Of a stretch of DNA of 64,000 nucleotides, positions 48,581 to 60,956 are shown in pieces. The notes under the pieces are model-generated. The model made no database searches and was not told the origin of the DNA. It saw only the letters and a list, made by a program, of their open reading frames with translations. The DNA is taken from positions 57,823-121,822 of the forward strand of contig NIVC01002648.1 in assembly GCA_002269645.1 (NCBI GenBank). The letters are read 5' to 3'. The position numbers and the translations under genes are program-made. Each line of letters starts with the position of its first letter. Position 1 is the stretch's first letter. The stretch is from Macrostomum lignano. Its lineage: Eukaryota.

Positions 48581-51500
48581 TTCTTTGTCTGCTCTGTCTC
48601 TTTGTCCGTCCACCTGGGTCGTTCTCAAAACTTCGGTTCAATATAGTATAACAAATCTCAGCAATTTATTAGAATATAGCACTGTCCTGCGACTTTTTAG
48701 GAAATAATTGTTAGCAAAAATAAATAAAAGCAAAGGTTTTATACGGGAAAAATCTAATAAAGAAGCTGTTATCAGCTTCAATATGCCAAATTGAAGTTAT
48801 CGCGCTGTCAAATCATACGTTTTTGTGAATGAAGCCAATCAAGTTTTTGCAAAAAGAGTCAATTTTCTTAGCCACAGCAAAAACTTTTGCAGCGATTGTA
48901 TTTTCAGAAGTAATGCACATCCTAAATATCCGTTTGGTTCCTTTTCACTGCTTAAGTTGGCTAAATAACATTAAAAATTACGAATTTGTAAATTTCCAAA
49001 TTCAGACAGCATGCGATAAACCGGTTGATAAATTAATGGAAACGAATCTTCATTGAAAATATTTTTATTAGTGAAAGCATTAGTTCAAACATTTATGCTT
49101 TCAGCCTTATTTAAAGTATAGTCTAGTGTTTAGAAAGCCTTTCATTAAAAAGTATTTTGATAATTCACAAAAAATATCCACTATCAGAGAGCACAGTTTT
49201 TATTCTATAAGTGCACTATAACTCAGACCTCGAAAATCATTTGAAAACAAAACTTCACACACATAAGGCACCCATCCTGAGGTGGTGCAAAAGTAATAAT
49301 TTTTTTAAATTTGAATAACCATATGGGTATAGTAAGCAATAATGTCAATATTTAGGAATTTTTTCATAAATTTAGTCTATAAGTGGAGTATAACTCAGAC
49401 TTGGACAAACAAATCAAGACAAAACTTCACACACATAAAGCACCCATCATAAGGTGGTGCAAAAGTTATACTGTTTTAAATTGTGAATAAGTATCTGGGT
49501 AATAGTAAGCAATAATGTCAATATTTAAGCATTTTTTCATTAATTTAGTCTATAAGTGCAGTATAACTCAGACTTGGAAAAACAAAACAAGACAAAACTT
49601 CACACACATAAAGCATCCATCCTAAGGTGGTGCAAAAATCCACATTTTCTAAAATTTGAATAATTGTATGGGTATAGTAAGCAATAATGTCAATATTTAA
49701 GCATTTTTGCATAAATTTAGTCTATAAGTGCAGTATAACTCAGACTTGGACAAACAAATCAAGACAAATCTTCACACACATAAAGCACCCATCATAAGGT
49801 GGTGCAAAAGTTATACTGTTTTAAATTGTGAATAAGTATCTGGGTAATAATAAGCAATAATGACAATATTTAGGCTTTTTTTATTAATTTTGTCTATAAG
49901 TGCAGTATAACTCAGGCTTGGAGAACTAAATCAAGACAAAACTTCACACACAAAGAACCCACCCTAAGGTGGTGCAAAAGCTGTAATATTTTGTATTTTT
50001 AAGATGCAATTGTGTATAAGAAGTATAAATAATATCATTATTTAGGGATTTTTTAGATTTTTCAATGTGAAAAAAGTCAGATTGTACAACCCTTTTAATA
50101 ACAGGACTTCTCTCGCATAAAGTAGCTAATCTTGAAGCTTTAAATTCAAAATGATCTGCACGGTTTCTGTTTCCATTTAAGTTTCTATTATGTTGGTGTT
50201 CTTTAATAAACTATCTGTGCACATTATGTAATTTGTTATCTTTTTAAGTAGCCTCTGTAAATATATTGGGACGCTAGATTTCGCGCGACTGGATTTCACG
50301 TGAATGGATTTCGCGTGACTGGATTTCACACGACTGAATTTAAATACATTTACAACAACAAATACTTCCATCTAAACCTTCTAGTCTAACTCGAATCCAG
50401 TCGCGCGAAATCCAGTCCCGCAATTTCTAGCGTCCCAATATATTTTAAACCTCATTCAATGATGATCTCCAGCAGGAAATAGAAGGAAAATAGGAGAGAA
50501 AATCAGGCAACCAGCACTTTCAGATAAGAATATGGGGGATCCCGCACGATTTAAGCTAGAGGCAGCAAGCCTGCGGACCAAATGAGGCCCTCAAAGCCCT
50601 CGTGTTCTTTAAAACTTCACAATAGAAATCCGGCCCGCTCAAGTTTTGTGTCTCTTTTCAGCTCTCTTCTCTCCTCTCTTCTTCTCTCCTCTCCTTTCCT
50701 CTCACTTCTCTCTCCTCTCCTCTCCTCTCTCCCCTTCTCACCCTTCTCTCTTCTCTTTTCGCCTCTCCTCTCGTCTTCTCTCCTCTCCCTTTTCTCTCTT
50801 CTCCTCTCTTCTCCTTTCCTCCTCTCTTTTTTCTTCTTCCTTCTCTTCTCTCTCCTCTCCTAATTCATTTCTCTTCTCTTCACCTCTCTTCTCCTTTATT
50901 CCCTTGCCTCTGCTTTCTCTCAGCATTGCGTGCAACATTGTGTGCAGCATTCTGCTCGTTCAATGGAAGAGAAATGACTTGAAATAATTTTATATACAAT
51001 CGGTGGATGATGATATTGATGTGGAGCAGCTTCTCCCAGATTACAGTCCAGTCCTGCAAGATTTTATATAAACCAGACCTAAGCTCCAAGCTAAGAACGG
51101 AAAACTGTAGATTGAGATTGACTATCTGCAAAATGGATTTATATGGTGCCAGTAATATAAGTTCCCCATTATTCTGACACATGAAAAACTACGATTACTC
51201 CTAATGCACAACTGCAATGCAATTGCCATGTTGTCGCTTCTAAACGTATATATTTCTCATAAAATATGCCACATTATGAATTCACCAACCATGCTGGTAA
51301 TTTTGGGCATTAAATTTAATCTTAGAAGCATTGTGATCATTTTTAAATCAAATTTTGATCATTATTGGTGCTTCTTATTGGTCAGGGGCGTCGGAACCGG
51401 GGGGGGGGGCATGGGGAAGCCCCCTGCACTTTTTAGCATGATCCTGCAGTTGCCCTTTTTGAATTTAAGGCAAGTGTCGGCCGGTATTCGGCTTTGGCTT

Positions 51501-53444
51501 TTCTGAGTCTTGAAAGCTAATAAATGTATCTGAAATACAATTTGAAAATTCTGGTTGGGGTGATTTTTGACACGCGAATTTTTTCAGCTTTCAGCCTTAT
51601 ATTATACAAAATACTTTACAAATACATTACAGTTGGTTTTTAATTGAGTTTCTCATTCAATTTTACCTAATTTAAATCGAAATTGCTACTTACCAAATCG
51701 ATACCTGCAATAAGATATATTTTAAAAAAAGCATAATATATCATATTGAAAAGTCAGTATGAGAGTTGAGGTATAAAAGTGTTTTAATTTTTCCTCAATT
51801 TTCCATATAAATCTGGTTGTAATATCAGTAATAAATATTGATATCCTGAGAAACCTTATATTGCTTAGAAATGAAAATTTATATTTAGATTGCTTGTTTC
51901 AGCTACCAGTAATGATAAGCTATTTATTTAAACGATGTAACCCTTTGGATTCTTTCAGTAAATTCAATTCAGTTAATGGAGTTCCCGTATTGATTTATTA
52001 GTTATGATAATGATTATTATGACAGTTAAGATGTTTTATTTCTACTTTCAAAGAAATAGAAGAAAGAAGAAGAAAGCAAGAAACAAATAAGCAAGCACAA
52101 AGAAAATCTACGGACTAATAGCTTAAATTTTTTATACATCGCGTAGCCGTAGCGTGGTATTGTAGCTGAGCGCAATAAATAATGTCAATTTAATACATTC
52201 TCCGTTTAGGAAGTCAAAATCATTCGGTGTAATCAAAATTTATCATATTAACAAATACGCAGTCCCATTATATCGAAAAAAGACATTAGTTAAATGCTAG
52301 TTTAGTCGTGCTATATCTTTATGTTTTTAAGTAAAAATATTTTCTCTAAATATTATATTTAGCATATAAAAATTAGTCTCGTAATTTTCTGACGGTGCAA
52401 ATAAACAAATCAGCTTCTAATTGTAAAATAAAGTGTTTTCTCTGCTTTTATCCATGTTTTCGCAATATATCATCACTACTCTTGTGTTTAACATCGCTGG
52501 TTAACTGATTCCTTTAGAAAAATATTATTTTCACTACTAGTGTCCCAAGTTTTGAGAACGACCCACCTGTTAGCAGAATTTGAATTTTATTATTTTGAAC
52601 ACATTTAATTATAAACGGGGGTGCCAATATGTGTGACTTTTGGCCATAGACGTATTTAAATTGTCGAATATATAAGACCTACAGACTTATCATAGTTCTG
52701 CAATACACAATACGCACTCGCCCATCCGCGCCTGCAGAAACTGGAAGCAGCCCAGGCCGAACAGCAGCGCCTGTACAACCAGGCCTCCGAGTACTACAAT
52801 AGGATGACCGAGATGCAGTCCGAGCTGGACAGGGCCAATCAGGAAGCCGAGCAGTGTCGGGCTGAGAATGCTACGCTGAGACAGTCGCTTGACAATCTGC
52901 TGGCTAAGCTGGGCTCCGACGATGCGGCAGCGGCAGCGAACGACAACGACGACGATGAGGAGGGTGCCGATGAAGGCGACGGAGAAGGCCAATCAGAAGA
53001 TGAGGAGGATGATGATGAGGATCAACGCGACGCGCCCGACGGTGGCGAGAACGGCGCCGGGGACGACGACGATGCCGCCGACAGCGACAGTGCGTCGACA
53101 CGATGTCGGCGTCGACGTCGGCTGCAGAAACGGCGTCAGAGACGACAAGAAATCCAACTGCAACGTCAGGAGCAGCGCGCCGATTTGATTCGTCGCCTGC
53201 TGGACGCCGAAGCGGCCAGACGCGAGCTGGAGGAGCTGCGGTCGCGTCAGGAGCAGTTTGAGAGTCACGCCAGAGCTGAGGCGGCCAGCCGCTTGGAGTT
53301 GGAGAATGAGCTCAGCGCGGTGCGAGCCGAACAGGCCACCCTAAGAGAGGATCGGGACAAGGCCTGCACCGAACTGAAGGTTTGTTGTAGCAGCAGCAGT
53401 AGTAGTACTAGTAGTAGTAGTGGTGGTAGTAGTTATAGTAGTAT

Positions 53445-53499
<55 letters not shown>

Positions 53500-53624
53500 A
53501 GTAGTTATAGTAGTAGTAGTAGTAGTAGAAGTAGTAGTAGTAGTAGTGGTGGTAGTAGTTATAGTAGTAGTAGTAGTAGTAGTAGTACTAGTAGTAGTAG
53601 TGGTGGTAGTAGTTATAGTAGTAT

Positions 53625-53664
<40 letters not shown>

Positions 53665-53681
53665 AGTAGTTATAGTAGTAT

Positions 53682-53712
<31 letters not shown>

Positions 53713-54930
53713 AGTAGTTATAGTAGTAGTAGTAGTAGTATTACTAGTAGTAGTAGTACTCGTAGTAGTTATAGTAGTAGCAGCAGTAGCAGTAGTAGTA
53801 TTGATAGTAGTAGTATATCATTTCGGGGTCTAGTTTAGACTTTTAACTTGGTCAGCGAGCACCAATTTTGCTATACATCTTTAGGTTATGACTTAGTCAT
53901 AAAGTATAAAGCCTTGAGGACACCTAGTATGGAAAAATGTTTTCTTGACGAATTATATCTCAAGTTTTTAAGCCTGAGAAAAATTGCAACTCTTTAGTAT
54001 GGAACAAAAACAAAATAATAAAGAGACGAAATTGGCAGAATCGGTGCCAGCTGTCGAATTTTAAAGGACTGAACAAAGGTTTCTAAATTTTCATTTAGAA
54101 TTTGAGCTTTGCCTTACTTCTAGCCATGGACAATTGAAACGAGGAACTGTCTAAATAGAAACTTTAAATACTGTTCTGAAGATAGAATGGCAAAATTGCA
54201 GCCCGCTTTCCCGCCTCCCATCCTGCAGGTGCTCCGCGACTACTTCAAAGACCGGGAGTGCGAGTGGCAACGCCGGCTCGGCCAGCAGGAGCTCACGCGC
54301 CAGTCTGACGCCAGCGCCACGGCCAGCGCCCAGCAGCGCCTGGATGAGCAGCGCGCCGAAATTGACCAGCTGCGCGCCCGGCTCGAAGCCACGCAGTCGG
54401 AGCTGGCCGAGGCCGAGCGAGTGCACAGGCGGAGAATCGGCGACCTGGAGAAGCGGGCCCACGACTCCTGGCTGGCAGCCAAAGCTGCCGAGCGTCAGCT
54501 CAGCGAAGTCAAAGACGACAATTCGGCGTTGCGGGCGAAGCTCACCGCCCTGGGCAGTCGGCCGCCGCCGGCGCCAATGTTCAGCATCGGCCGGCCCAGC
54601 TCCCGGTCCTCTGTTGGCTCCGACAGGCGGTCCGCGCAGCAACCGCTGCTGCTGCCGCCACCTCCGCCGCCGATGCTGCAGTCGAACATGCCGCTGCCGC
54701 CTCCGCCGCCGCCGCCGATCTTCCCGATAATGACGTCGCCAGGCAGCGCCGCCGGTTCGGCCATGTCGGCGTCTCCGGCACCGCAGGCGCAATACTCGAT
54801 GCCGCCGTTGCCGCCGCCGCCGCCGCCTCCGCCTCTGTCGATGCCGATGCAGCAGAATGCTTCTTCAATGTCGGCAGCCGGCCCCAGTCAGAGTGTCGGT
54901 CGGCGTCGCACGGGTGGAAATGGTCGATGA
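44539..54930 (+). CDS. MIA3: TANGO1/MIA3 ER-export cargo receptor, 3 exons, ~1560 aa
   Basis: Exons 44539-47880 (alternative donor 47862), 52738-53379, 54229-54930; all phase 0. Signal peptide; MIA SH3-like domain (DRLLCVDRRCSEPVS...LILGKE...LWLIKFNDVVGLFDKSYF); long acidic/Pro lumenal region; TM (LALLTLVVMLAVSLLA); two coiled coils including VLRDYFKDRE; C-terminal PPP-rich domain. Confidence 0.9.
45150..45705 (+). repeat. Coding minisatellite in TANGO1 exon 1 (KPEAKPGD/KQEAKPGD, 12/24-bp units); a second 36-bp repeat (QQPPPVGDEAQA) lies at about 46290-46500
   Basis: Direct reading of the DNA and its translation. Confidence 0.9.
48482..48600. repeat. (GTCT)n microsatellite in TANGO1 intron 1
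   Basis: Direct reading. Confidence 0.95.
49205..49985. repeat. Diverged ~172-bp tandem repeat, about 4.5 copies
   Basis: ctataagtg recurs at about 49206, 49377, 49549, 49721 and 49894. Shared blocks aaaacttcacacacataa, aggtggtgcaaaa, gcaataatgtcaatattta. Confidence 0.85.
50268..50436. mobile_element. 169-bp MITE with TIR GGGACGCTAGA and 8-bp TSD AATATATT
   Basis: aatatatt|gggacgctaga...tctagcgtccc|aatatatt. Subterminal repeats tttcgcgcgactggat on the left and their reverse complement on the right. Superfamily not assigned. Confidence 0.75.
50566..50930 (+). mobile_element. Second, degenerate copy of the hAT-like element at 11262, with a CT low-complexity core
   Basis: aacttcacaatagaaatccggcccgctcaag followed by a CT-rich tract, as at 11316-11346. 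Confidence 0.55.
51383..51500 (+). mobile_element. Probable 5' end of a hAT-type non-autonomous element
   Basis: CAGGGGCGTCGGAACCGGGGGGGGGG...gccccc terminus style. No matching 3' TIR found. Confidence 0.3.
53390..53815. repeat. (AGT)n microsatellite in TANGO1 intron 2
   Basis: Direct reading. Confidence 0.97.
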
Positions 54931-55469
54931 TTTCCGGTCGCGAAGGAAATTCTCCAAGTTTTTGCAAGTTAAATTATATTGATTTTAATTTAATTGCTTC
55001 TATTATTAATTATCTTAGCTAATTAGTCTAATAATTGATTTGTTGGACTGCCCCATAGTTCATTCCTCTCTCCCTGTCTGCCTCGCGACTCTCCTTTTTG
55101 CGTTGTTTTGTTGTGTTAAATTTTAAAACAACAATCTGTAGAATTGTTGCGAGTAGTTGCGAGTTGCAAGTTGCGAGTAGTATATAAAGAATACGTTCCT
55201 TGCCCGCTATATTTGTTAGAGAAGATTTTTCTGAGAGCTTTATTTGTCCGTACTAATCGTTAATAATTGAATATGGGAATTTGCGCAATTAAATACAGTG
55301 CAAGTGAAAGTACTAGAAGTACCTTTTATTGCATGTTTCTCGAAATGCTGTCTGCAAGTTTGCTTTGCCTAGCATTGGTTTTCACCTCCCCTACTTCCTG
55401 GATGGAGTCCATCGCATGAATTTTGCTGCGTGTCACTAATCATTTGTGTCCTTTGATGTGGGACCGCAG

Positions 55470-55562
55470 TCTGTCTTCTGTCTGTCTGTCTTAGTGTCTG
55501 TCTGTCTGTCTGTCTGTCTGCCTGTCTGTCTGTCTGTCTGTCTTAGTGTCTGTCTGTCTGCC

Positions 55563-55609
<47 letters not shown>

Positions 55610-55618
55610 ATGTCTTAG

Positions 55619-55653
<35 letters not shown>

Positions 55654-55674
55654 ATGTCTTAGTGTCTGTCTTAG

Positions 55675-55755
<81 letters not shown>

Positions 55756-55758
55756 TAG

Positions 55759-55789
<31 letters not shown>

Positions 55790-55790
55790 G

Positions 55791-55858
<68 letters not shown>

Positions 55859-55873
55859 TAGTGTCTGTCTTAG

Positions 55874-55926
<53 letters not shown>

Positions 55927-55930
55927 TAGT
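55470..55930. repeat. (GTCT)n microsatellite with tagt interruptions
   Basis: Direct reading. Confidence 0.97.
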
Positions 55931-56483
55931 GTCGCATCACGGCACAGCAGTCAGTCCTAAGCATGAAAAATCAGCCCTGTTCACAAAAACAGACTGTCGA
56001 GTCCTCCAGCTCGCTTCCATGCGCCATGTTTGTTGCTGTGTTGGCTAACCAATGAACTTTACTTCAATCAATGTTTTCCGGCTTGCTATATCTGTCATTA
56101 TTAACATCGCGTATTTCAATTGTGCATTGAGCTGCTACTGGCATTGCCTCCGTTTTTGTTTGCTTGCTTGTTTCAACTTTCTCAAAATTTACGGTGTCGG
56201 TTGCTGTTTGCTTGTTCAACTGCTATGGACTAACCGTTTGCTTTCACATTCTGTAACAGTCTGCTATGGGTTGGTTGTCTTACATGTACGCTATCTACTA
56301 CTATGAATATGATTTATTAATGGTCTACTATTTTATCTCTGTTCTGTGTGAAAATAATTACTGTAATTCATTATATAATAAGCAGCGACTCACGAAATAT
56401 ATTATAAGAAAATATTGAAAAAGAAGCGGACAATTTTGACTCACTCTCCATGCCATTGCAGATCTGTTGAAAACAACGTCAAG

Positions 56484-59231
56484 ATGGCGGTTATCAAATT
56501 TGCGACTTTTGAATCCGCAATCCTTTATATTTTTAAGCGCATTTTGTGTTGTCCAGCCTACTGTAAGTAGCTTGAATGCGCGCTAGTAGAACTACGAATA
56601 TCTTCGATAAACAAGAGACTCATCTGCATAGTTTAGACTAAGCCAACCGAAACAAAACACATATTGCATGCACGCGTTGAATTGAAAGTCGAATTTCAAA
56701 CCGAATGTATCGCATGTTATTTTCAGTAGTACATGGTGCAAACTGCAATTTTCGACAGTTTCTTTTAAATCCAACTTTAGCTGGAAAAAGCATGCAGATT
56801 GCTTTTCTCTTGCGCTAAAAAGTTGCTTGAACATTTCTTCGCGTTAAAACACTTTTGTTTTAAACTGCTGGTTGAGCTTTGAGAAAAACAGACGAATGGA
56901 GTTTTGATTTTGTCAATTGGGTTTCGCGATGTTCAAATCGACCGGTTTGCAATGACTGTGTTAAATCCATCATTGCATTTTTTTCTCCTCTGTGAATTAC
57001 ATAAATTCACTTATAGATGCGATTTTCGGCAATAACTTTGCTTCATCCAGATAACATAAAACACCCAGTAAAATTACCTCTTTGTTCTTTTTTGCTGCCT
57101 TCATTTTAGAGCAAAATTTAAAGGAATTGATCCGTTTGTATCAATCCCAATGCATTGATCAGTGTGTATCAATCCCAATGCATTGATCAGTGTGTATCAA
57201 TCCCAATGCATTGATCAGTGTGTATCAATCCCAATGCATTGATCAGTGTGTATCAATCCCAATGCATTGATCAGTGTGTATCAATCCCAATGCATTGATC
57301 AGTGTATCAATCCCAATGCATTGATCAGTGTGTATCAATCCCAATGCATTGATCAGTGTGTATCAATCCCAATGCATTGATCAGTGTGTATCAATCCCAA
57401 TGCATTGATCAGTGTGTATCAATCCCAATGCATTGATCAGTGTGTATCAATCCCAATGCATTGATCAGTGTGTATCAATCCCAATGCATTGATCAGTGTG
57501 TATCAATCCCAATGCATTGATCAGTGTATCAATCCCAATGCATTGATCAGTGTGTATCAATCCCAATGCATTGATCAGTGTGCATCAATCCCAATGCATT
57601 GATCAGTGTGTATCAATCCCAATGCATTGATCAGTGTGTATCAATCCCAATGCATTGATCAGTGTGTATCAATCCCAATGCATTGATCAGTGTGTATCAA
57701 TCCCAATGCATTGATCAGTGTGTATCAATCCCAATGCATTGATCAGTGCATCAATCCCAATGCATTGATCAGTGTGCATCAATCCCAATGCATTGATCAG
57801 TGTGTATCAATCCCAATGCATTGATCAGTGTGTATCAATCCCAATGCATTGATCAGTGTATCAATCCCAATGCATTGATCAGTGTATCAATCCCAATGCA
57901 TTGATCAGTGTGTATCAATCCCAATGCATTGATCAGTGTGTATCAATCCCAATGCATTGATCAGTGTGTATCAATCCCAATGCATTGATCAGTGTGTATC
58001 AATCCCAATGCATTGATCAGTGTGTATCAATCCCAATGCATTGATCAGTGTGTATCAATCCCAATGCATTGATCAGTGTGTATCAATCCCAATGCATTGA
58101 TCAGTGTGTATCAATCCCAATGCATTGATCAGTGTGTATCAATCCCAATGCATTGATCAGTGTGTATCAATCCCAATGCATTGATCAGTGTGTATCAATC
58201 CCAATGCATTGATCAGTGTGTATCAATCCCAATGCATTGATCAGTGTGTATCAATCCCAATGCATTGATCAGTGTGTATCAATCCCAATGCATTGATCAG
58301 TGTGTATCAATCCCAATGCATTGATCAGTGTGTATCAATCCCAATGCATTGATCAGTGTGCATCAATCCCAATGAATTGATCAGTGTGTATCAATCCCAA
58401 TGCATTGATCAGTGTGCATCAATCCCAATGAAGTCTTTTTTGCACATGCACAACGCTGAAAATTAAATGAACGCCAGAAGCTGCCGCAGCGATTTTGGCC
58501 ATCAATCAATCAGCTATGAGCGTAAGTGGCTCTTTGTGGGCAGCCTCTCTCCCAGCAGATGATGGTACGAACGTATTTCATCAATTTTCCAATTTTTCAC
58601 TAATTGAAATCGTGGGGCGTCCGCTGATTGTTGTCAACGCTGAAGACACACGGACCAATTCATTTCCAAAAATTTATAAATTAGCAAGACAGGTAAGAAG
58701 CCTTGCTATATTTGCACAAGTTCGAACTATCGCTAAAAGTCAATGCTAATCTGTTCAACTTTAGAAAAGAACCTATTGATAAAATTCATGTTTCTGGAAC
58801 AGCTCGATTTATTTGTGTGTTGCGTTTTCCATGATTTCTTGGAAAACTTTTGAAGGCCTGTTTTTCGTACTGAACTCGATTTTTGCAGACTGTTTGATGT
58901 CTCAATTTGAAATGCAAGTTTTCAGAATCAGAAAAATCATTCGGCCTTCAATTATTCTTTTCTTAGAAACCAAGTGTCCACTCGTGACTTTCTATACTTC
59001 TATTGACTATTGGTCCCTGCATCGTCGACTGATGGTATCTTTAGAGAGTGGCGCTATAGACTATGACGTAATAACCCTTCCCTGCTTTCCTAAACATCTC
59101 TTGTTTATACCCATCCATCACTCTCGGCATTGACTCTATAGAAAACCGATGAAACTCCACAGATCCTGGACGGTGCAGAACCGATCAAAATTATTCTCCT
59201 AGCTATTATTTGTTTTAATGCTTTCTCATAG
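56484..59231 (+). CDS. Candidate small orphan gene (~94 aa, 3 exons)
   Basis: caagATGGCG start; exon 56484-56562 ends at GTAAGT (phase 1); exon 58556/58559-58692 (phase 1 in, CAG|GTAAGA out); tentative exon 59163-59231 with a weak acceptor. No homology recognised. Confidence 0.33.
57135..58430. repeat. 28-bp minisatellite (tgcattgatcagtgtgtatcaatcccaa), about 46 copies
   Basis: Direct reading. Confidence 0.97.
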
Positions 59232-59654
59232 ACACTTCCTCGTAGATACTACGAGCAAATGGTGTCCGCGGTGCGGTCTCTCCCCACATCCTCCCAGAGC
59301 CTAGGATATCCCCTAGGAGGATCGAGATGAACTGCACACATACAGCTCTTATCTCCCTGCCACCCCAGCAGAAGATGTCTGTCCTTATCTCTTGGCCAGC
59401 GAGGGTTTTGTGTATTTTTTATCTTCACAGCGTCATCATCGCATATGCCAGTGGCGCCATATTTTATTACGTTCGTAGCTAAGCTGTAGGTTGGACGTTG
59501 GTTAAAAATGCTAGCTCGGTTTGTTCCTATTCGATGCAAATATTAGAAAGAAATTATTAATTTTGTTTTTGGTTTTGTAAACGCAAACCGCTATGCAAAA
59601 TTTCCAGGCATTATAGCAACAGATGCTGTCATAAAATACTGAAGGAGCGGAAGC

Positions 59655-59930
59655 TGTAATGAAATCTCGCAACGAAGGGGATGAAGCTGTCATGAAATAC
59701 AGAGGGGGCGGAAGCTGTCATGAAATACAGAGGGGGCGGAAGCTGTCATGAAATACAGAGGGGGCGGAAGATGTCATGAAATACAGAGGGGCGGAAGCTG
59801 TCATGAAATACAGAGGGGGCGGAAGCTGTCATGAAATACAGAGGGGGCGGAAGCTGTCATGAAATACAGAGGGGGCGGAAGCTGTCATGAAATACAGAGG
59901 GGGCGGAAGCTGTCATGAAATACAGAGGGG
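59655..59930. repeat. 28-bp minisatellite (gaaatacagagggggcggaagctgtcat), about 9 copies
   Basis: Direct reading. Confidence 0.93.
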
Positions 59931-60496
59931 GTGGGAAACTGTTAATAATATAGATTAAATGTCATAAAAAGTCAAGCAGCACAGGGGCGGAAGCTGTCAG
60001 AAATGAACTGTAAAAACCAGATTCATAATAACTAAAGTATACTTTAAGAAATCAACTTTCACTGCATGCATCTCAGCCATATGTAATCAAGGATCGGTGT
60101 GTATCATGCACTGTTCCTTTGTAATGCTGCGCAGGGATGACAGATAGTGAAGGAGATTGGCTGCTGTGGCTGCCTGTAATTCTCCCAAATATGTCAGACC
60201 GGGGGGGGGGGGTCCGCCCTTCCTTTCCCAGCAGACGCGTTGTCGGTTAACAGTAAAATTTATTACTGTCAAAAAGCAGGTGCCCAGCAACTAAGCGCAT
60301 GCTGTGTCCTATGCGTATGTGTATCAAGAATGTGTGCTACTGTCGACTTGGAAAACGCAATCGTTTCTATGGATTTTGTTACATCCGGACTGCCTCTGAC
60401 GCTGGGCAGGCTTAGAAAGCTATAGTTGCTTTATAACATTGTAGTTGATAACTCTGATTGTGTTGAAATTCAATTTGGCCTTCTGGGAACTCCGCT

Positions 60497-60720
60497 GTCT
60501 CATTGGGTCTTTGTCGGCTGTGTCATTGGGGTCTTTGTCCGCTGTCTCATTGGGGTCTTTGTCCGCTGTCTCATTGGGGTCCTTGTCCGCTGTCTCATTG
60601 GGGTCTTTGTCCGCTGTGTCATTGGGGTCCTTGTCCGCTGTCTCATTGGGGTCCTTGTCCGCTGTGCCATTGGGGTCCTTGTCCGCTGTGCCATTGGGTC
60701 TTTGTCCGCTGTCTCATTGG
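60497..60720. repeat. 24-bp minisatellite (cattggggtctttgtccgctgtct)
   Basis: Direct reading. Confidence 0.93.
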
Positions 60721-60874
60721 GCTCCTTGAGCGCGACCTCTGTTGTCAAAATATCAAAAAGCCGAAAAACGCGCCAAACATACTACTCACCAGCTTGTTAA
60801 TCCTATTTTCCGGCCGCGACTCTCTGGTTGGCTGGCTGAATATTTTGTTTGAACCAGCAGCAAATCGAAATCTC

Positions 60875-60920
60875 AGGCCAATGAGCGAGCGGCCTCACAG
60901 TGCGGATTAACCATAAAAAG
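60875..60920 (+). promoter_or_regulatory. Candidate protocadherin promoter (CCAAT plus TATA-like CATAAAAAG)
   Basis: gccaatgag at about 60877 and ccataaaaag at about 60911, roughly 80 and 45 nt before ATG 60957. Confidence 0.3.
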
Positions 60921-60956
60921 TTGGCAGGCCCTGGCCGCAACTGACAGCTCGGGAAA

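Noticed and set aside
53380-53838. Poly-Ser read-through extension of TANGO1 exon 2
   Set aside because: The (AGT)n frame is open by chance. A good donor (53379) and acceptor (54229) give the expected CC2 and Pro-rich C-terminus.
58590-58650. SLIEIVGRPLIVVN resemblance to the Cu/Zn SOD IIGR motif
   Set aside because: No metal-binding His/Asp pattern or other SOD elements.
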